Virus record (IMG/VR): IMGVR_UViG_3300037882_001356
Location: 1-59,691 of that record
Source of the DNA: a virus
Lineage: Duplodnaviria; Caudoviricetes
DNA length: 59,691 nt
Direction: 5' to 3' (one strand)
Shown: positions 53,925-59,691 of the stretch, in pieces
Layout: every line of letters begins with the position of its first letter
How positions within the stretch are numbered: the first letter of the stretch is position 1
Translations under genes and position numbers: made by a program
The notes under the pieces: generated by a model
Databases searched by the model: none
What the model saw: only the letters and a program-made list of their open reading frames with translations
What the model was told of the DNA's origin: nothing

Positions 53925-54119
53925 TTAACTCTCATTAAGTTGTTGCGTTAGGTCCGCTTGACTGTTCAAGCTATATTGTACACGGTTCAGGTTATCCCGC
54001 AAGACTTTCGCCTGATGTGCGTTGAACGTGATCGGCGTTGGTTTCTTCTTGCCAAGCTGTTGGGCGTCGTGCATCTCGAACACGCCACGGAGGAAGGTGC
54101 AGAATTGTTCGGGGGTCAT
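53925..54119 (-). CDS. hypothetical phage protein
   Basis: MTPEQFCTFLRGVFE pattern; RBS gagga. Confidence 0.65.
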   Translation of the reverse strand: MTPEQFCTFLRGVFEMHDAQQLGKKKPTPITFNAHQAKVLRDNLNRVQYSLNSQADLTQQLNES

Positions 54120-54286
54120 TCGTCGTATTCCTCTTGCTTCGAGTAGTTGATTAAACCGCGTGGCATTGGTTGCGTATCGTCGCCATCAAGTACCAAGCGT
54201 TCTTCTTCGTGATGAATTTGTTCCACGATGGACGCATCTTGTCCGCAAGACGATCCGCGATTATTTTTTCCATCTCGTTCATATTT

Positions 54287-54562
54287 CACCTTGCTTGACC
54301 GCTCTTGTTAAACGGTTCCTTTGCCTGTTTCTGTGCGTAACAAATCAAGCTGATACTGTTCAATATCGCCCAGCAACGAATTGACTTGGCTGATTAGTTC
54401 CGGGGTCTTGTTGTCGCTGGGTAAGAAGGTTATTAAGCCAACCACCCACTGAGCAATACGAACTCGCTCCAAGTTCTGCGAGAAGTTCTGCGAGCGACTT
54501 ATAATTTGACTTATAATTAGGTCTTCGTTCATGCTGCACCTTGCTTGACCGCTCTTGTTAAA
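54287..54562. repeat. 26-bp perfect direct repeat (54287-54312, 54537-54562)
   Basis: CACCTTGCTTGACCGCTCTTGTTAAA, which is stop + leader + SD on the minus strand. Confidence 0.95.
54308..54532 (-). CDS. hypothetical protein between direct repeats
   Basis: SD AAGGTG; AT-rich. Confidence 0.65.
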   Translation of the reverse strand: MNEDLIISQIISRSQNFSQNLERVRIAQWVVGLITFLPSDNKTPELISQVNSLLGDIEQYQLDLLRTETGKGTV

Positions 54563-54820
54563 TGGTGTTCGCCGAGACTCCTGTGTGCCGATAATAGACT
54601 CGCTACTCGGTTGCGTTCACCGGCTGGATACTGCCACAGCAGACCACAGAACTAGGTTAGTCAAAAGCTAACCACGAACACCAACCGCCTGCAACAGTCA
54701 CCACAAACTTTCGCTTGCAGCAACTGTCTCACCCTTTCGGGTCGCTTCAAAATGCCATCCCCATCGCTCCCCAATTCACTCGATCCCGTCAACCGAGCGA
54801 AAACAATGAGGATGGCAATG

Positions 54821-55390
54821 CTACTTGTTCGCATCCACTCGACGTTGCAACGCTGCACCGTGATAGAGTTGGCCGCGTACCGTCGTGTAATCGCTCTTAC
54901 GCGACCACGAATACATCCACTTACCATGCGACGGCGAATGGTAAAAGTCCAAGAAATCCCGACTCGTCGTGTTCTGGAATAGGGCCACGAAACCATCCGT
55001 GTACTCTACGCTCATGTCCCCGTTTCCGTCACGTTGCGACGGGTACGGGTCGAACCGTATCGCCATGATCCACGACGATTGCATGGGTATCCAGTGACCC
55101 ACCAACGCCGCCATTTCGGGGTTCGTCCAGCGTAGTATCTGCTCTGGATCACCCGCATCCGGCGAGGGCGTGTACGTGCCGTAGTCCGTCACTTCCGGCA
55201 ATTGGTTCGCGATGGGCAAGCCGTTCGGCGTGTACTCCTGAGCGAATCCCGCTTCCGGCAAGACCGCGTGTCGGGCGATGGGTAACGCCATCGGCAAGCG
55301 TGATTGCGGGCGTTGCGTCACGGGTCGAGCCGTGGACGCAGGGGCCGGGGCACGGTGGAATAAACGCATGATCGCCGCACGAATGCTCAT
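54821..55390 (-). CDS. KTSC-domain protein
   Basis: PMQSSWIMAIRFD...SVEYTDG...F....F..SPSHGKW. Confidence 0.7.
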   Translation of the reverse strand: MSIRAAIMRLFHRAPAPASTARPVTQRPQSRLPMALPIARHAVLPEAGFAQEYTPNGLPIANQLPEVTDYGTYTPSPDAGDPEQILRWTNPEMAALVGHWIPMQSSWIMAIRFDPYPSQRDGNGDMSVEYTDGFVALFQNTTSRDFLDFYHSPSHGKWMYSWSRKSDYTTVRGQLYHGAALQRRVDANK

Positions 55391-55399
55391 GCCATCATC

Positions 55400-55525
55400 C
55401 TACGTTGTGGGTTGTAGGTTGTCTACGTCAGTTCGCGGCGAAAGTTCGGCGAAGCGTGGGGCATCGTCGGCGGGATTGTCGAGTATCGCCCGCAAGAGAA
55501 CGTCGGCATCGGTGTACGTGGTCAT
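55400..55525 (-). pseudogene. truncated TIGR02996 domain
   Basis: MTTYTDADVLLRAILDNPADDAPR, then the motif is lost. Confidence 0.7.
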
Positions 55526-55764
55526 CAAATCCCCTTTGGGAAAACTAGGCCGCATGACAAGCACTCGGTGTGCTCGTCGATCTTTCGTGTGTTTTGGTGC
55601 GGACAGAACGATCGGAGCGTGGCGATACTCTTGTGAGTTTCTTCCATCTGTTGCTGCACGCTGAGAATTAGCCCTTCCCACTTCGACAAGTGTGCGACCA
55701 TCTTTCGATAGCACGCCGCAACACGTTGCTCACGTTCCTTGCTGGTCATTTCTTCTTCCCCCAA
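55525..55764 (-). CDS. hypothetical protein with C-terminal Cys motif
   Basis: CPH...CLSCG. Confidence 0.55.
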   Translation of the reverse strand: MGEEEMTSKEREQRVAACYRKMVAHLSKWEGLILSVQQQMEETHKSIATLRSFCPHQNTRKIDEHTECLSCGLVFPKGI

Positions 55765-55825
55765 TTGGAGCGTAGATAGCTCTCGTAGCTGAAGAATCCT
55801 AGTTTCGCTAACCGTTGCTTAAATG

Positions 55826-56308
55826 TCATTGGAAAGTATCCTTCTGTGAGTCGTTCCACCGTTTCATGAATGCCGCTGATATTTTCGCAACCTCTTCACG
55901 AACTTCTGGAAGAGATCCGTACTCCTTCTCTCGTTGTCGTTCTTCTGCCTCTTTTTGTGACTTTCGTTTGTTGGCACACTCAACTACCATCGACGCCATA
56001 TCCGGCATCAAGTCCCATACGCCGTGATGGTTCATCGTACGTCGAGCAGATTGCAACCGATCCGTGATGCCAATGAACTCGTCGAGAGTCAAACCGTCCT
56101 TGTACATCCAGCCCAACAACTCCGAGATGAACGCGGAACGGTTTTTGATGAGCGTAGCCTTTTGGATGCAAAACGCACCAACCGGGACACGCCACGGAAC
56201 GGGGAGATACTCAAACGGGTTGACCTTCTTTCCCGAATCTTCTTCGACGATAAGTCGAGCAATTGCTTTCGACTTAGCCGAATAGGTAGCCATCGTCTGT
56301 TGATCCAT
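55826..56308 (-). CDS. replication-module protein (loader-like position)
   Basis: Follows the initiator; RBS aaggag before MDQQT. Confidence 0.55.
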   Translation of the reverse strand: MDQQTMATYSAKSKAIARLIVEEDSGKKVNPFEYLPVPWRVPVGAFCIQKATLIKNRSAFISELLGWMYKDGLTLDEFIGITDRLQSARRTMNHHGVWDLMPDMASMVVECANKRKSQKEAEERQREKEYGSLPEVREEVAKISAAFMKRWNDSQKDTFQ

Positions 56309-57248
56309 TGCCTTCTCCTTTATCGTTAAGTGAATTGTCAATACGGGTTGCCGCTTCTCGAGCCGCGTCTTTCGCGTTTGCTTCTTGAATCTCTCGAAGG
56401 ATGTCCATCGTGGGATCGTTGCGGTTTTGATAGCCGTTGGTGTAACCGTTGTGTGATGATGTTGGTTCCTGTAACCCCGTCCAGCCTTTTCCGATGGTGT
56501 GATAAATCGCGGCGATAGAGCGTTCCTCACCCCATGCCAAGAACTCTTTGAAGTTCTGTTCGATAGTTACCTGTGTAAGAATTGCACGCTTCTGTTTGCG
56601 ATGCAATTCCCACTTCCCCCACGCTTCCGCAAACTCCTTCGATGGGAACGGCAACGACGTAACAACGCCGGGAGATTTCTTAGGACGCTTGGACTTAGTA
56701 GGTTCTTGCTTCCCATCTTCCCCCTTTGGGGGGTTAGGGGGGTATTCTTGCTCTTGCTCTTGCTCTTGCTCTTGCTCTTGATTAGGGCAAGCCTTAAGGA
56801 AAGGCTTTCTTATAGCCTCAATGAAAGCCTTATGGAAAGACTCCTTGTAAGACTTTAATTCCGCTAAAATGCGGTGATATGCGATGATTTTCAACTCGCA
56901 TTCGGGCAATTCTTCCCAAGCATTTTTCCAAGATGTGACGACATTAGGAGACTCTGGAAGGTTGTACTTGAGAGCGTTTGGAACCCATAATAATCGTGAC
57001 TCCCAATCGACCTCAACCATACCTTCCCGGAAGACTTCGTTAAAGGCTTCCCGAAAGGCTTTCAAAGGCCATCCAAGTTGTTCCGCGAATGCTGCTTCGC
57101 CGATGCAAGATAAACCGGGTATGATGCCAGTGTGTTGACCTGCTAGAAGATGCCACCAAAGCATCTGGCCACATGGTTGAGATTTGGACAGACGACGATA
57201 CTTTGCATCCGCATGAATGCGTAAGTCGATCTTTCGATGCCGTGCCAT
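56274..57248 (-). CDS. phage replication initiator/replisome organizer
   Basis: N-terminal wHTH-like region, (EQ)6-YPPNPPKG linker, FAEAW..W..HR...SI...I.KGWTGL C-domain. Confidence 0.85.
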   Translation of the reverse strand: MARHRKIDLRIHADAKYRRLSKSQPCGQMLWWHLLAGQHTGIIPGLSCIGEAAFAEQLGWPLKAFREAFNEVFREGMVEVDWESRLLWVPNALKYNLPESPNVVTSWKNAWEELPECELKIIAYHRILAELKSYKESFHKAFIEAIRKPFLKACPNQEQEQEQEQEQEYPPNPPKGEDGKQEPTKSKRPKKSPGVVTSLPFPSKEFAEAWGKWELHRKQKRAILTQVTIEQNFKEFLAWGEERSIAAIYHTIGKGWTGLQEPTSSHNGYTNGYQNRNDPTMDILREIQEANAKDAAREAATRIDNSLNDKGEGNGSTDDGYLFG

Positions 57249-57746
57249 ATGCGATTCCCTACGCTAAGGCCAAAAGTCCATTATCTGCACATAAAGACAA
57301 AGCCAATTTCGGATGTATTTTGAGTTGCTGGAGTTGAAAATGCGTAGGATCGCGGTTAAGATACCACCATCAAACGCTGTTTCGACACAAAACAGCTTCT
57401 CAAGGGCATTGCAGCTAGTCACTGCATGCCCTTTCTTTTTGCTTCCAACATCCTATAAATGCGTCTGCCAAATTACAAGAGAAACGAGGACGCTTTATCA
57501 AGGACGCGACCAATCGCCGTGGGTAGCCAGTCAAACCACCCGACAACGTGTAACACGTTCATGCCTAAGTACGCGATTAGTACCATGACAATCGCACTGT
57601 CGAAATATCCCATTACTTCCCCCAGTAGCCAGTTACGGCAATCAGCCAAACGACAATCAGGGCCGTGCCTAAGATGCCCGTGAACAGCCCTGTTAGGTAC
57701 GATACTGCTTCGGGGCGAAGGTCGGGGATCGCGTTGCGTAATCGGT

Positions 57747-58097
57747 TCATTTCCAAACTCCTGTTGCTTCTACAATACCGCCTAGCATATGCCCTTGCAT
57801 GATGCCGTAGCCGGTCTTGCGGTTGAAGTGGACTGTAAGCGATTGTATTACGGGCGGTTGCGTCGAATCGTTACCGAGCGTCACGCCCTGTATGCGGGCA
57901 ATCGTCACATGGTCCCGAATCTCCACCCGCATTGACGTAACACGTCCCTCAACCTTGAACGGTAGCTCCAGCTTCATCCCACCGAGTTTGGCGGCATTCA
58001 ACGCGGCGGTGAGGCTGATGTTCTTGAACTGCAACGCCATCGGACGCGGCGGTAGTATGGCGAAGATCAGGGCGAGAGCGAATGATGGGGCGGTCAT
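57747..58097 (-). CDS. hypothetical protein
   Basis: Coupled ORF chain. Confidence 0.55.
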   Translation of the reverse strand: MTAPSFALALIFAILPPRPMALQFKNISLTAALNAAKLGGMKLELPFKVEGRVTSMRVEIRDHVTIARIQGVTLGNDSTQPPVIQSLTVHFNRKTGYGIMQGHMLGGIVEATGVWK

Positions 58098-58318
58098 TCT
58101 GTTTTCTCGCACATGTCAAGGATTGACTGCTGCATTTCCGAGAGTATTACCGCTGGTATCGGAACCATTTCTGGTATCAAAAATTCAGGTATGTTCTCGT
58201 AAATGTTCATTACCTTTTTGCATGCTGAAAGAACCTTCCTAACCAAGATTGGGTTATGAATGCCTTGCATTGCATCAATGCACTCTTGGACTCGTTTGTC
58301 ATAATCTGCGTCGATCAT
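58094..58318 (-). CDS. hypothetical protein
   Basis: ATGA coupling. Confidence 0.6.
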   Translation of the reverse strand: MIDADYDKRVQECIDAMQGIHNPILVRKVLSACKKVMNIYENIPEFLIPEMVPIPAVILSEMQQSILDMCEKTE

Positions 58319-58560
58319 TTCCCTTCCTCTGGTTGCACGCCATCAAGTAGGCGTTGGGTTGCCAAGGAGATTGCTTCCTGTGCGTAAATGTGCCGCTTGC
58401 CGACGACAAGGGGCGTTTGCTGGACGACAGCGGCACACTTGGAACGAGCGTTCCCGACCATGTTCTCAACGAGCTCGAGAATCTCTTGCCCTAGAAAGTC
58501 GTTGATCTCGCCCGTGTCGATGGCTCCATTGATGTAGCCGCGAAATTCTTCCATCGTCAT
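58315..58560 (-). CDS. hypothetical protein, first gene of the leftward early operon
   Basis: RBS gagga; downstream of a TTGCAT..TATACT promoter. Confidence 0.6.
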   Translation of the reverse strand: MTMEEFRGYINGAIDTGEINDFLGQEILELVENMVGNARSKCAAVVQQTPLVVGKRHIYAQEAISLATQRLLDGVQPEEGK

Positions 58561-58650
58561 ACGCTTTCCTCTTACAAAGTGTGTCGTTAGTTGCTAGTAT
58601 AATAGCTACGTCCGAATATGCAACAATAAACTTTGTAGGATTGTCAAATA

Positions 58651-59001
58651 ATGGCCAAGAAACAAGAACAAGAACCCGCTAAGCCAAAGAGCAAAGCCAA
58701 GTTCTTCATCAAAAACGTCGGGCACGTACTGCGTGATATTCGCATTGAGCTTGAACTCAATCAGGCCACGCTTGAGAAACGGAGCCGAATCAAGCAACAG
58801 TCGATTGCCCGCATCGAACAAACCGGGTCCGCACGGTTTCACGTCGTACGGCAACTCGCCTACGCTCTGGGCGTGTCACTGGATGAGATTTCCCGCCGTA
58901 TGGGACCGATTATCCCCGGCGACATGAAAGTCGAGAACGCGGAGGGAATTTTCTTCCGCGATTGGGACAGCTACAACGCTGACCGATGGGCTGCCAGATA
59001 A
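58651..59001 (+). CDS. XRE-family HTH transcriptional regulator
   Basis: LRDIRIELELNQATLEKRSRIKQQSIARIEQ...LAYALGVSLDEI. Confidence 0.85.
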   Translation: MAKKQEQEPAKPKSKAKFFIKNVGHVLRDIRIELELNQATLEKRSRIKQQSIARIEQTGSARFHVVRQLAYALGVSLDEISRRMGPIIPGDMKVENAEGIFFRDWDSYNADRWAAR

Positions 59002-59010
59002 AATTCGTAG

Positions 59011-59055
59011 TCTTACCAAAATTGTTGTTGACAATATGGAATGACGTGGTACATT
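59011..59055 (+). promoter_or_regulatory. early rightward promoter
   Basis: TTGACA(59028)-16-TACATT with the TCTTAC box. Confidence 0.65.
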
Positions 59056-59089
59056 TTACTTTGTCGACAACAACAAAGGAAACGATGCG

Positions 59090-59347
59090 ATGGAAATTGG
59101 AAGCAACTATTTTATCAGGACTGATACGGACCATTGGCTAGGACGTTTAGTTTCAGTTGATGGTCCGTACACCGTGACGCTCGAAGACTTCGCATGGGTA
59201 GCAAGTGCGGGAAGGCTTAATGAGTTCCTAAACAAAGGAACGGCGAATGAAATGGAAATTGAGCATGCACCTGATGGCATGCGTATAACGTTGAATTGGC
59301 GTGCGTGCATCACATGGCCACATGATTTGATTCGGAGGACGGTGTAA
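59090..59347 (+). CDS. small Sm/LSm-like beta-barrel protein
   Basis: IGSNYFIRT...GRLVSV....VTLEDFAWVASAGR. Confidence 0.6.
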   Translation: MEIGSNYFIRTDTDHWLGRLVSVDGPYTVTLEDFAWVASAGRLNEFLNKGTANEMEIEHAPDGMRITLNWRACITWPHDLIRRTV

Positions 59348-59535
59348 TGCTGCCTTATCCAACACCGACGTATGCAGTTCAACTCGCGGCGGCAGATTGG
59401 TGCTATGAAAATGGCATGGATCAATTCGCGGATCGCCTACGCGAAGTAAGACCAATGTCAACGTCATGCTTGGTTTTATATTTTTCGGGGTCGTGGTCGT
59501 GGTCGCGGTCGGGGTCGTGGTCGTGGTCGACATGA
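59347..59535 (+). CDS. peptide with ADW.xENG motif and (Ser-Trp/Arg/Gly)n tail
   Basis: TAATG coupling; AAADWCYENG...SGSWSWSRSGSWSWST. Confidence 0.55.
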   Translation: MLPYPTPTYAVQLAAADWCYENGMDQFADRLREVRPMSTSCLVLYFSGSWSWSRSGSWSWST

Positions 59536-59567
59536 CCGATCCGGGGCGATGGTATAGGAGGGAGAGA

Positions 59568-59691
59568 TGAAGGCATTGATCGACGAGTTTTTTCCCAACC
59601 GCGAAGCTGACCCTGACTGGTATGCCGCCGATATGATGTTCGACATCAACGACGCTATCTGCACGAAGCTGGATGGACGCAGCAAGGCATG
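59568..59691 (+). CDS. small ORF running to the window edge
   Basis: RBS aggagg; MKALIDEFFPNREADPDWYAADMMFDINDAICTKLDGRSKA. Confidence 0.5.

Noticed and set aside
56746-56781. (TCTTGC)n tandem repeat as origin iterons
   Set aside because: It encodes the (EQ)n linker common in phage initiators. An origin role cannot be supported from sequence alone.

Overview
The window is most of a ~60 kb tailed dsDNA phage genome with an HK97-type head, a siphovirus-like tail module and probably a temperate lifestyle. The host is inferred to be a planctomycete (Gemmataceae-like) from many TIGR02996-type domains, a planctomycete cytochrome-c-like domain and CxNGxC-tailed secreted peptides. Plus strand 1-10.4 kb is the early/replication-recombination region: Rad52-like annealase, sigma-70-like factor, SNF2-type helicase with a class-3 LAGLIDADG intein, DNA methyltransferase and a Vsr/DUF559-like nuclease. 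Minus strand 42.1-8.6 kb is the late operon: TerL, portal with a ~500 aa extension, protease/scaffold, capsid, neck, tail tube, -1 frameshifted chaperones, a short tape measure, tail tip, a glycosyltransferase-like/2OG-oxygenase/methyltransferase trio, fibres and holin. It ends in a papain-like protease and two CxxCH proteins; no peptidoglycan hydrolase was recognised. The 38.7-59.7 kb region is a mosaic of small accessory genes with repeated promoters, plus TerS, a second sigma-like factor, a replication initiator and an XRE regulator. The most notable observations are: a ~600 nt ORF-free region with nested RNA pairings; three covarying tRNA-elbow-like hairpins after consecutive stop codons; about 9 intact or broken TIGR02996-family genes; portal-fused modules with a repeated V-L-[RK]-A-F-x-E-x3-RDDxGxF motif; Sm-like genes paired with (Ser-X)n peptides; and several small genes bracketed by direct repeats. 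All calls come from reading motifs by eye; no searches were run. No integrase, tRNA gene, CRISPR array or reverse transcriptase was seen.
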